Below the pieces are notes generated by a model, which worked only from the letters and a program-made list of their open reading frames with translations, was not told the origin of the DNA and did not search any database. A stretch of DNA of 64,000 nucleotides from the human T2T-CHM13v2.0 reference genome, Homo sapiens: assembly GCF_009914755.1 (NCBI RefSeq), contig NC_060937.1, one strand, 5' to 3'. The translations under genes were made by a program, and so were the position numbers. Of the stretch, positions 1 through 12,080 are shown one piece after another. The stretch's first letter is position 1. The number at the start of each line of letters is the position of its first letter.

Positions 1-874
1 TTTTGGCTAGGAGGCCTAAGCCTGCTGAGAACTTTCCTGCCCAGGATCCTGTGTGACCAAAAGTGCCTCTGCTGGGAGCTGGGATCCTCGGGACCATGCT
101 TGCTAGCGCTGGATGAGTCTCTGGAAGGACGCACGGGACTCCGCAAAGCTGACCTGTCCCACCGAGGTCAAATGGATACCTCTGCATTGGCCCGAGGCCT
201 CCGAAGTACATCACCGTCACCAACCGTCACCGTCAGCATCCTTGTGAGCCTGCCCAAGGCCCCGCCTCCGGGGAGACTCTTGGGAGCCCGGCCTTCGTCG
301 GCTAAAGTCCAAAGGGATGGTGACTTCCACCCACAAGGTCCCCACTGAACGGCGAAGATGTGGAGCGTAGGTCAGAGAGGGGACCAGGAGGGGAGACGTC
401 CCGACAGGCGATGAGTTCCCAAGGCTCTGGCCACCCCACCCACGCCCCACGCCCCACGTCCCGGGCACCCGCGGGACACCGCCGCTTTATCCCCTCCTCT
501 GTCCACAGCCGGCCCCACCCCACCACGCAACCCACGCACACACGCTGGAGGTTCCAAAACCACACGGTGTGACTAGAGCCTGACGGAGCGAGAGCCCATT
601 TCACGAGGTGGGAGGGGTGGGGGTGGGGTGGGTTGGGGGTTGTGGGGTCTGTGGCGAGCCCGATTCTCCCTCTTGGGTGGCTACAGGCTAGAAATGAATA
701 TCGCTTCTCGGGCGGAGGGGCTTCCTTAGGCCATCACCGCTTGCGGGACTACCTCTCAAACCCTCCCTTGAGGCCACAAAATAGATTCCACCCCACCCAT
801 CGACGTTTCCCCCGGGTGCTGGATGTATCCTGTCAAGAGACCTGAGCCTGACACCGTCGAATTAAACACCTTGA

Positions 875-1065
<191 letters not shown>

Positions 1066-1133
1066 CTTTCATTGGTTTTCACTGGAGATTCTAGATTCGA
1101 GCCACACCTCATTCCGTGCCACAGAGAGACTTC

Positions 1134-4100
1134 TTTTTTTTTTTTTTTTTAAGCGCAACGCAACATGTCTGCCTTATTTGAGTGGCTTCCTATATCATTA
1201 TAATTGTGTTATAGATGAAGAAACGGTATTAAACACTGTGCTAATGATAGTGAAAGTGAAGACAAAAGAAAGGCTATCTATTTTGTGGTTAGAATAAAGT
1301 TGCTCAGTATTTAGAGCTACCTAAATACGTCAGCATTTACACTCTTCCTAGTAAAAGCTGGCCAATCTGAATAATCCTCCTTTAAACAAACACAATTTTT
1401 GATAGGGTTAAGATTTTTTTAAGAATGCGACTCCTGCAAAATAGCTGAACAGACGATACACATTTAAAAAAATAACAACACAAGGATCAACCAGACTTGG
1501 GAAAAAATCGAAAACCACACAAGTCTTATGAAGAACTGAGTTCTTAAAATAGGACGGAGAACGTAGCTATCGGAAGAGAAGGCAGTATTGGCAAGTTGAT
1601 TGTTACGTTGGTCAGCAGTAGCTGGCACTATCTTTTTGGCCATCTTTCGGGCAATGTAACTACTACAGCAAAATGAGATATGATCCATTAAACAACATAT
1701 TCGCAAATCAAAAAGTGTTTCAGTAATATAATGCTTCAGATTTAGAAGCAAATCAAATGATAGAACTCCACTGCTGTAATAAGTCACCCCAAAGATCACC
1801 GTATCTGACAAAATAACTACCACAGGGTTATGACTTCAGAATCATACTTTCTCTTGATATTTACTTATGTATGTATTTATTTTTTTTAATTTATTTCTCT
1901 TGAGACGGCGTCTCGCTCTGTCGCCCAGGCTGGAGTGCGATGGTGTGATCTCGGCTCACTGCAACCGCCACCTCCCTGGGTTCAAGCGATTCTCCTGCCT
2001 CAGCCTCCCGAGTAGCTGGGACTACAGGTGCCCGCCACCACGCCCAGCTAATCTTTATACTTTTAATAGAGACGGGGTTTCACCGTGTCGGCCCGGATGG
2101 TCTCGATCTCTTGACCTCGTGACCCGCCCGCCTCGGCCTCCCAAAGTGCTGGGATGACAGGCGTGAGCCACTGAGCCCGGCCTTCTCTTGACGTTTAAAC
2201 TATGAAGTCAGTCCAGAGAAACGCAATAAATGTCAACGGTGAGGATGGTGTTGAGGCAGAAGTAGGACCACACTTTTTCCTATCTTATTCAGTTGATAAC
2301 AATATGACCTAGGTAGTAATTTCCTATGTGCCTACTTATACACGAGTACAAAAGAGTAAAACAGAGAGACTGCTAAATTAAAGGGTACGTGAAGTTCTTC
2401 ATAGTAACTCCGTAAACTGGAACACTGTCAAAAAGCAGCAGCTAGTGAATTGTTTCCATGTATTTTTCTATGATCCAATAAGTGAACTATGCTATTCCTT
2501 TCCAGTCTCCCAAGCACTTCTTGTCCCCATCACCACTTCGGTGCTCGAAGAAAAAGTAACAAATCAAGGAACACAACTAAAGAAACACACACACAAACCA
2601 AAGACAACTACAGCGTCTGCAAAAGTTTGCTAGAAGACTGAAACTGTTGAGTATAAGGATCTGGTATTCTACGATGATCATGAGTTCACTTCAGAGTTTG
2701 TTCAAGACATACGTTTCGTAAGGAAACATCTTAGTTAGAAGTTATTCAGCAGTAGGTACCATCCCTAAGTATTTTTCACCAAATTCGTGACAATAAAGAG
2801 CTATCTAACCAGAAAAATTAGCGAGTACCGGCACCATCCATAGGGCTTTGTCTTTACGCTTCATTAGCACTTACCATGCCTTACAATGTCTAGGATTGAC
2901 CCTGATAGCATTTCGAAAACAAGCTAATGCTTTGTCCAGTTCTTCAGTGAAGACAAGCTCACGCCCTAATGCGCTATAGGCATAAGCATCATTTGGATCC
3001 ACTTCGAGAGTTCTCTGGAAGAATTGAATCGCAATATCGTGTTCCCGTTGCAGACCGAAACAGTTCCCTGCAGCACACCAGGCCTCTGGCTGGCGAATTT
3101 TTATCCATGTCTGTGAAGTCTTTGGACAGAACTGAAAGAGCAACCTCTTTCGGAGGATGCCAAAGTGTTGTAGAGTAGATCTCCATGCCTTCGACTCTGT
3201 AATTCTCAATCCTCCTAACCTCTGAGAATTGTCTTTCAGCTTGCGTGGACTCTGAAAGTTTACAATAGGCCCTTCCGATTTGGCACAGTACCCAACCGGT
3301 ATTGCGGTGGTGAGAAGCTAGATGGCTCAAGATGCTGATAGCTTCTTTGCCGTGGTAAGAACACAAAGCTAAATAACCTTTCCCCCTTTCACGAAGAAGG
3401 CTCATCAAGCCTTCCGCTGCTGCTTTTTGTAGATTAAAAGCCTGAATCTGAGGCGCGATTGCGGCTATTTCCCCTTCTGAAATGACGGAAGAGTCCAATT
3501 TTGTCACTTCCAGGCTATCACTTATGTTCGGTGGAGTTATTGCTCCTTTATTAGTTTTACTTTTGGTTCTTCTGTTTGGGATTTTAGGTGGAAACTTCAT
3601 TTTTAATTTTCTCCTATTCTCCTCGGTTGTGGAGCTGTCACTAGTCAAGAGTCGTGAATTTCTTCGAGGCGGTGCATTTGGGGGAGATGCCATAGTGGGG
3701 CTCAATACCTGAGGTGTTGCCCTTGTCGGCGGACCAGAACTTTGTGTTTTTGCAAGGACTGGAGTTACCTTTCGGCTCTTTCCCCTCTGCGAGAAGACAG
3801 ACGGTGTTCCGGTTTGGCCGATTCTGGCAACAGGCTTTTTTGAAGGGGCTCCGGTGGATGGCACGTCAATGACAGACGGTGTCTCATACCAGTGCAGTTT
3901 TGTCAATAGGGTCCGTCTCCGGGACTTGGGGTTTCTAATGGCAAAATGCCAACACTTGGGGTTAATGGACTAACAGCTGCTGGTCCTCCTAATAAACTTC
4001 GACCAGGTTTTGGTTTATGTTGAACCTGTTTAGATCATATGGAAGTTCCTGTTCCCAGTGGGACAGTATCAGGTGAAAGGACAGCTGAATCGATAGAAGA

Positions 4101-4939
4101 CACTGGGGAGTCTGTATTCAAGGAGTACTTTGAATTGGAAGATTCTAAATTCCATCCGTTTCATTGGACGGTGTCCTGGGGTGTTTCCGTAAGAACGGTC
4201 TCGGGCTGTCTGTGACATAAACTAGGACGAGGTCCAAGTGTTGCGGCGCAACACTTGGACAGGCAGTTGCTAAAGCTCTCTAGAGAGGTGAATCAAAATG
4301 TTTGGTCAGGATCTGGCTTTTCCCCCCTATTTCACATCATGATTCAAAGGGACACCAGAGGAAAGGATTTCAACGAAGGCTCTTTTGGTCACATTCTGAT
4401 CCTTTGGTAAGCCGATCTGTCTTGCAATATACATGTCCCGACGATGGAAGGGGAAAGCGAGCTGAATCACCAAACTCAGGAACGATAATATCATCGTGGC
4501 TTTTCTGCTTATGAAACACTCCACCCGATAAGATTTGATCCCCTTCTGCAAGCTTGCTGAGATCAACACAACATTTCGCAAGCAGGCATTTGCATTGCGG
4601 GGTAGTACAACTGTGTCCTTTCAAGAGTCTATATGTTTTATAGGCCTTTCCTGAGCGGTAAGAACAGGTCGCCAGTAAGAACAAGGCTTCTTCTGAGTGT
4701 ACTTCTGCATAAAGGCGTTCTGCGGGGGAAACCGCATCTCGGTAGGTAGGCATAGTGGTTTAGTGCTTGCCATATAGCAGCCTGGACGGGTCCCTGCAGC
4801 ACCGCCATCCTCGAGGCTCAGGCCCACTTTCTGCAGTGCCTCAGGCACCCCCCCCCCCCCCCATAGCGGCTCCGGCCCGGCCAGCCCCGGCTCATTTAAA
4901 GGCACCAGCCGCCGTTACCGGGGGATGGGGGAGTCCGAG
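1134..4939 (-). pseudogene. CDC27P: CDC27 (APC3) retropseudogene of the rDNA IGS: 5'UTR, spliced exons to ...RVNPRHCKAW, then intron-derived sequence and poly(A)
   Basis: Fragmented ORFs (4370-4753, 2989-3906, 2871-3209) give CDC27 peptides (AERLYAEVHSEEALFLLAT, KLKMKFPPKIPNR, EAWCAAGNCF); ATG at 4808-4806; frameshifts including 4-bp duplications near 4742-4749 and 3087-3094; poly(T) 1134-1150. Confidence 0.95.
1880..2182 (-). mobile_element. Full-length Alu inside the intron-derived part of the CDC27 retrocopy
   Basis: Complete antisense Alu dimer ending GCCCGGCC with T-rich tail. Confidence 0.93.
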
Positions 4940-5464
4940 ACAGAATGACTTCTTTATCCTGCTGACTCTGGAAAGCCCGGCGCCTTGTGATCCATTGCAA
5001 ACCGAGAGTCACCTCGTGTTTAGAACACGGATCCACTCCCAAGTTCAGTGGGGGGATGTGAGGGGTGTGGCAGGTAGGACGAAGGACTCTCTTCCTTCTG
5101 ATTCGGTCTGCACAGTGGGGCCTAGGGCTGGAGCTCTCTCCGTGCGGACCGCTGACTCCCTCTACCTTGGGTTCCCTCGGCCCCACCCTGGAACGCCGGG
5201 CCTTGGCAGATTCTGGCCCTTCCTGGCCCTTCAGTCGCTGTCAGAAACCCCATCTCATGCTCGGATGCCCCGAGTGACTGTGGCTCGCACCTCTCCGGAA
5301 ACATTGGAAATCTCTCCTCTACGCGCGGCCACCTGAAACCACAGGAGCTCGGGACACACGTGCTTTCGGGAGAGAATGCTGAGAGTCTCTTGCCGACTCT
5401 CTCTTGACTTGAGTTCTTCGTGGGTGCGTGGTTAAGACGTAGTGAGACCAGATGTATTAACTCA

Positions 5465-5620
5465 GGCCGGGTGCTGGTGGCTCACGCCTGTAACCCCAAC
5501 ACTTTGGGAGGCCGAGGCCGTAGGATCCCTCGAGGAATCGCCTAACCCTGGGGAGGTTGAGGTTGCAGTGAGTGAGCCATAGTTGTGTCACTGTGCTCCA
5601 GTCTGGGCGAAAGACAGAAT
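5465..5620 (+). mobile_element. Alu monomer / deleted Alu followed by (CAGG)n
   Basis: GGCCGGGTGCTGGTGGCTCACGCCTGTAA...GAGGTTGCAGTGAG. Confidence 0.85.
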
Positions 5621-5631
5621 GAGGCCCTGCC

Positions 5632-5663
<32 letters not shown>

Positions 5664-5734
5664 AAAGACAACAGCTGTATTATGTTCTTCTCAGGGTAGG
5701 AAGCAAAAATAACAGAATACAGCACTTAATTAAT

Positions 5735-6032
5735 TTTTTTTTTTCCCTTCGGACGGAGTTTCACTCTTGGTGCCCACGCTGGAGTGCAGTGGCACCATCT
5801 CGGCTCACCGCAACCTCCACCTCCTGCGTTCAAGCGATTCTCCTGCCTCAGCCTCCTGAGTAGCTGGGATTACAGGGAGGAGCCACCACACCCGGCTGAT
5901 TTTGTATTGTTAGTAGAGACGGCATTTCTCCATGTGGGTCAGGCTGGTCTCGAACTGGCGACCCCAGTGGATCTGCCCGCCCCGGCCTCCCAAAGTGCTG
6001 GGGTGACAGGCGTGAGCCATCGTGACTGGCCG
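5735..6032 (-). mobile_element. Alu (S-type)
   Basis: Full antisense Alu dimer. Confidence 0.92.
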
Positions 6033-6078
6033 GCTACGTTTATTTATTTATTTTTTTAATTATTTTACTTTTTTTTAG

Positions 6079-6431
<353 letters not shown>

Positions 6432-6487
6432 TATTTATCTATTTATTAACTTTGAGTCCAGGTTATGAAACCAGTTAGTTTTTGTAA

Positions 6488-6614
6488 TTTTTTTTTTTTT
6501 TTTTTTTTTTTGAGACGAGGTTTCACCGTGTTGCCAAGGCTTGGACCGAGGGATCCACCGGCCCTCGGCCTCCCAAAAGTGCGGGGATGACAGGCGCGAG
6601 CCTACCGCGCCCGG
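6488..6614 (-). mobile_element. Alu left-monomer fragment
   Basis: poly(T)-GAGACGAGGTTTCACCGTGTTG...CCGCGCCCGG. Confidence 0.85.
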
Positions 6615-7419
6615 ACCCCCCCTTTCCCCTTCCCCCGCTTGTCTTCCCGACAGACAGTTTCACGGCAGAGCGTTTGGCTGGCGTGCTTAAACTCATTCTA
6701 AATAGAAATTTGGGACGTCAGCTTCTGGCCTCACGGACTCTGAGCCGAGGAGTCCCCTGGTCTGTCTATCACAGGACCGTACACGTAAGGAGGAGAAAAA
6801 TCGTAACGTTCAAAGTCAGTCATTTTGTGATACAGAAATACACGGATTCACCCAAAACACAGAAAGCAGTCTTTTAGAAATGGCCTTAGCCCTGGTGTCC
6901 GTGCCAGTGATTCTTTTCGGTTTGGACCTTGACTGAGAGGATTCCCAGTCGGTCTCTCGTCTCTGGACGGAAGTTCCAGATGATCCGATGGGTGGGGGAC
7001 TTAGGCTGCGTCCCCCCAGGAGCCCTGGTCGATTAGTTGTGGGGATCGCCTTGGAGGGCGCGGTGACCCACTGTGCTGTGGGAGCCTCCATCCTTCCCCC
7101 CACCCCCTCCCCAGGGGATCCCAATTCATTCCGGGCTGACACGCTCACTGGCAGGCGTCGGGCATCACCTAGCGGTCACTGTTACTCTGAAAACGGAGGC
7201 CTCACAGAGGAAGGGAGCACCAGGCCGCCTGCGCACAGCCTGGGGCAACTGTGTCTTCTCCACCGCCCCCGCCCCCACCTCCAAGTTCCTCCCTCCCTTG
7301 TTGCCTAGGAAATCGCCACTTTGACGACCGGGTCTGATTGACCTTTGATCAGGCAAAAACGAACAAACAGATAAATAAATAAAATAACACAAAAGTAACT
7401 AACTAAATAAAATAAGTCA

Positions 7420-7552
7420 ATACAACCCATTACAATACAATAAGATACGATACGATAGGATGCGATAGGATACGATAGGATACAATACAATACGATACGA
7501 TACAATACAATACAATACAATACAATACAATACAATACAATACAATACAATA
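7420..7552 (+). repeat. (TACAA/TACGA/TAGGA)n pentanucleotide microsatellite
   Basis: Directly visible 5-bp periodic array. Confidence 0.95.
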
Positions 7553-7553
7553 C

Positions 7554-7880
<327 letters not shown>

Positions 7881-7917
7881 AAATTAAAATAAATAAATAA
7901 AATAAAATAAATAAATG

Positions 7918-8382
<465 letters not shown>

Positions 8383-8664
8383 TTAACTTCATTTTATGTT
8401 ATTATCGTGATTGATGTTTCGAGACGGAGTCTCGGAGGCCCGCCCTCCCTGGTTGCCCAGACAACCCCGGGAGACAGACCCTGGCTGGGCCCGATTGTTC
8501 TTCTCCTTGGTCAGGGGTTTCCTTGTCTTTCTTCGTGTCTTTAACCCGCGTGGACTCTTCCGCTCGGGTTTGACAGATGGCAGCTCCACTTTAGGCCTTG
8601 TTGTTGTTGGGGACTTTCCTGATTCTCCCCAGATGTAGTGAAAGCAGGTAGATTTGCCTTGCCT

Positions 8665-8684
8665 GGACTTGCCTGGCCTTGCCT
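8665..8684. promoter_or_regulatory. RGC (ribosomal gene cluster) p53 response element
   Basis: GGACTTGCCT-GGCCTTGCCT, two RRRCWWGYYY-like half sites; matches the classical RGC p53 site as I recall it. Confidence 0.88.
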
Positions 8685-8717
8685 TTTCTTTCTTTCTTTC
8701 TTTATTACTTTCTCTTT

Positions 8718-9062
8718 TTCTTCTTCTTCTTCTTCTTCTTCTTCTTCTTCTTCTTCTTCTTCTTCTTCTTCTTTTTTTTTTGAGACAGAGTTTCACTCTT
8801 GTTGCCCAGGCTAGAGGGCAATGGTGCGATCTCGGCTCACCGCACCCTCCGCCTCCCAGGTTCAAGCGATTCTCCTGCCTCAGCCTCCTGATTAGCTGGG
8901 ATTACAGGCATGGGCCACCGTGCCTGGCTGATGTTTGTACTTTTAGTAGAGACGGTGTTTTTCCATGTTGGTCAGGCTGGTCTCCCACTCCCAACCTCAG
9001 GTGGTCCGCCTGCCTTAGCCTCCCAAAGTGCTGGGATGACAGGCGTGAGCCACCGCGCCCAG

Positions 9063-9063
<1 letters not shown>
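8718..9063 (-). mobile_element. Alu with (CTT)n tail
   Basis: Antisense Alu dimer preceded by ~18 CTT units. Confidence 0.92.
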
Positions 9064-9113
<50 letters not shown>

Positions 9114-9764
9114 CGCTCGCTTGCTTGCTTGCTTTCGTGCTTTCTTGCTTTCCCGTTTTCTTGCTTTCTTTCTTTCTTTCGTTTCTTTCATGCTTGCTTT
9201 CTTGCTTGCTTGCTTGCTTTCGTGCTTTCTTGCTTTCCTGTTTTCTTTTTCTTTCTTTCTTTCTTTCTTTCTTTTGTTTCTTTCTTGCTTGCTTTCTTGC
9301 TTGCTTGCTTGCTTTCGTGCTTTCTTGCTTTCCTGTTTTCTTTCTTTCTTTCTTTCTTTTGTTTCTTTCTTGCTTGCTTTCTTGCTTGCTTGCTTTCGTG
9401 CTTTCTTGTTTTCTCGCTTTCTTTCTTTCTTTTGTTTCTTTCCTGCTTGCTTTCTTGCTTGATTGCTTTCGTGCTTTCTTGCTTTCTTGTTTTCTTTCTT
9501 TCTTTTGTTTCTTTCTTTCTTGCTTCCTTGTTTTCTTGCTTTCTTGCTTGCTTGCTTTCGTGCTTTCTTGTTTTCTTGCTTTCTTTCTTTTGTTTCTTTC
9601 TTGCTTGCTTTCTTGCTTCCTTGTTTTCTTGCTTTCTTGCTTGCTTGCTTTCGTGCTTTCTTTCTTGCTTTCTTTTCTTTCTTTCTTTTCTTTTTCTTTC
9701 TTTCTTGCTTTCTTTTCTTTCATTCATTCATTCTTTCTTTCTTTCCTTTCTTTCTTTCTTTCTT

Positions 9765-9799
<35 letters not shown>

Positions 9800-9800
9800 G
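9064..9800. repeat. Compound (CT)n / (CTTG,CTTT)n pyrimidine-rich tandem repeat
   Basis: Recurrent GCTTGCTTTCGTGCTTTCTTG higher-order motif. Confidence 0.95.
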
Positions 9801-9809
9801 TTTCGTCCT

Positions 9810-10102
<293 letters not shown>

Positions 10103-11178
10103 TGTTGACTCATTTCGCTTTTTTATTTCTTTCGTTTCCACGCGTTTACTTATATGTATTAATGTAAACGTTTCTGTACGCTTATATGCAAACAACGACA
10201 ACGTGTATCTCTGCATTGAATACTCTTGCGTATGGTAAATACGTATCGGTTGTATGGAAATAGACTTCTGTATGATAGATGTAGGTGTTTGTGTTATACA
10301 AATAAATACACATCGCTCTATAAAGAAGGGATCGTCGATAAAGACGTTTATTTTACGTATGAAAAGCGTCGTATGTATGTGTGTAAATGAACGAGCGTAC
10401 GTAGTTATCTCTGTTTTCTTTCTTCCTCTCCTTCGTGTTTTTCTTCCTTCCTTTCTTCCTTTCTCTCCTTCTTTAGGTTTTTCTTCCTCTCTTCCTTTCC
10501 TTCTTTCTCTCTTTCTGTCCTTTTTTCCTTCGTGCTTTATTTCTCTTTCGTTCCCTGTGTTTCCTTCTTTTTTCTTTCCTCTCTGTTTCTTTTTCCCTTC
10601 TTTCCTTCGTTTCTTTCCTCATTCTTTCTCTCTTTTTCGTGTTTCTTTCCTTCCCGTCTGTCTTTTAAAAAATGGAGTGTTTCAGAAGTTTACTTTGTGT
10701 ATCTACGTTTTCTAAATTGTCTCTCTTTTCTCCATTTTCTTCCTCCCTCCCTCCCTCCCTCCCTTCCTGCTCCCTTCCCTCCCTCCTTCCCTTTCGCCAT
10801 CTGTCTCTTTTCCCCACTCCCCTCCCCCCGTCTGTCTCTGCGTGGATTCCGGAAGAGCCTACGCATTCTGCCTCTCCGTGTGTCTGCAGCGACCCGCGAC
10901 CGAGTCCTTGTGTGTTCTTTCTCCCTCCCTCCCTCCCTCCCTCCCTCCCTCCCTGCTTCCGAGAGGCATCTCCAAACACCCACGCGCCGTGGGTTGTCTT
11001 CTGACTCTGTCGCGGTCGAGGCAGAGACGCGTTTTGGGCACCGTTTGTGTGGGGTTGGGGCAGAGGGGCTGCGTTTTCGGCCTCGGGAAGAGCTTCTCGA
11101 CTCACGGTTTCGCTTTCGCGGTCCACGGGCCGCCCTGCCAGCCGGATCTGTCTCGCTGACGTCCGCGGCGGTTGTCGG

Positions 11179-11194
11179 GCTCCATCTGGCGGCC
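11179..11194 (-). promoter_or_regulatory. CTCF-like site upstream of the spacer-promoter region (~-880)
   Basis: Reverse strand GGCCGCCAGATGGAGC fits the CTCF core; position agrees with reported CTCF binding upstream of the human rDNA promoter. Confidence 0.6.
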
Positions 11195-11399
11195 GCTTTG
11201 AGATCGTGCTCTCGGCTTCCGGAGCTGCGGTGGCAGCTGCCGAGGGAGGGGACCGTCCCCGCTGTGAGCTAGGCAGAGCTCCGGAAAGCCCGCGGTCGTC
11301 AGCCCGGCTGGCCCGGTGGCGCCAGAGCTGTGGCGCGTCGCTTGTGAGTCACAGCTCTGGCGTGCAGGTTTATGTGGGGGAGAGGCTGTCGCTGCGCTT

Positions 11400-11422
11400 C
11401 TGGGCCCGCGGCGGGCGTGGGG
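11400..11422 (+). ncRNA. MIR6724: Sequence annotated as miR-6724-5p (doubtful miRNA)
   Basis: CTGGGCCCGCGGCGGGCGTGGGG recognised from memory. Confidence 0.5.
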
Positions 11423-11432
11423 CTGCCCGGGC

Positions 11433-11443
11433 CGGTCGACCAG
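11433..11443 (+). terminator. Upstream Sal box (candidate spacer terminator, TTF-I site)
   Basis: CGGTCGACCAG, 10/11 match to GGGTCGACCAG, ~630 bp upstream of the TSS. Confidence 0.7.
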
Positions 11444-11886
11444 CGCGCCGTAGCTCCCGAGGCCCGAGCCGCGACCCGCGGGGACCCGCCGCGCGTGGCG
11501 CGGGAGGCTGGGGACGCCCTTCCCGGCCCGGTCGCGGGTCCGCGCTCATCCTGGCCGTCTGAGGCGGCGGCCGAATTCGTTTCCGAGTCCCCGTGGGGAG
11601 CCGGGGACCGTCCCGCCCCCGTCCCCCGGGTGCCGGGGAGCGGTCCCTCTGCCGCGATCCTTTCTGGCGAGTCCCCGTGCGGAGTCGGAGAGCGCTCCCT
11701 GAGCGCGCGTGCGGCCCGAGAGGTCGCGCCTGGCCGGCCTTCGGTCCCTCGTGTGTCCCGGTCGTAGGAGGGGCCGGCCGAAAATGCTTCCGGCTCCCGC
11801 TCTGGAGACACGGGCCGGCCCCCTGCGTGTGGCACGGGCGGCCGGGAGGGCGTCCCCGGCCCGGCGCTGCTCCCGCGTGTGTCCTG

Positions 11887-11897
11887 GGGTTGACCAG
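11887..11897 (+). terminator. Promoter-proximal T0-like Sal box
   Basis: GGGTTGACCAG, 10/11 match, at -176 just upstream of the UCE. Confidence 0.7.
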
Positions 11898-11906
11898 AGG
11901 GCCCCG

Positions 11907-12080
11907 GGCGCTCCGTGTGTGGCTGCGATGGTGGCGTTTTTGGGGACAGGTGTCCGTGTCGCGCGTCGCCTGGGCCGGCGGCGTGGTCGGTGACGCGACC
12001 TCCCGGCCCCGGGGGAGGTATATCTTTCGCTCCGAGTCGGCATTTTGGGCCGCCGGGTTATTGCTGACACGCTGTCCTCT
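11907..12080 (+). promoter_or_regulatory. RNA polymerase I promoter (UCE ~11907-11956, core ~12018-12080); TSS 12063
   Basis: GGAGGTATATCTTTCGCTCCGAGTCGGCATTTTGGGCCGCCGGGTTATT|GCTGACACGCTGTCCTCTGG is the human Pol I core promoter; element limits taken from the established -156/-107 and -45/+18 mapping. Confidence 0.93.

Noticed and set aside
2989-3906. 305-aa CDC27-like ORF as a functional gene
   Set aside because: Non-ATG start, frameshifted at both ends, many radical substitutions; part of the pseudogene
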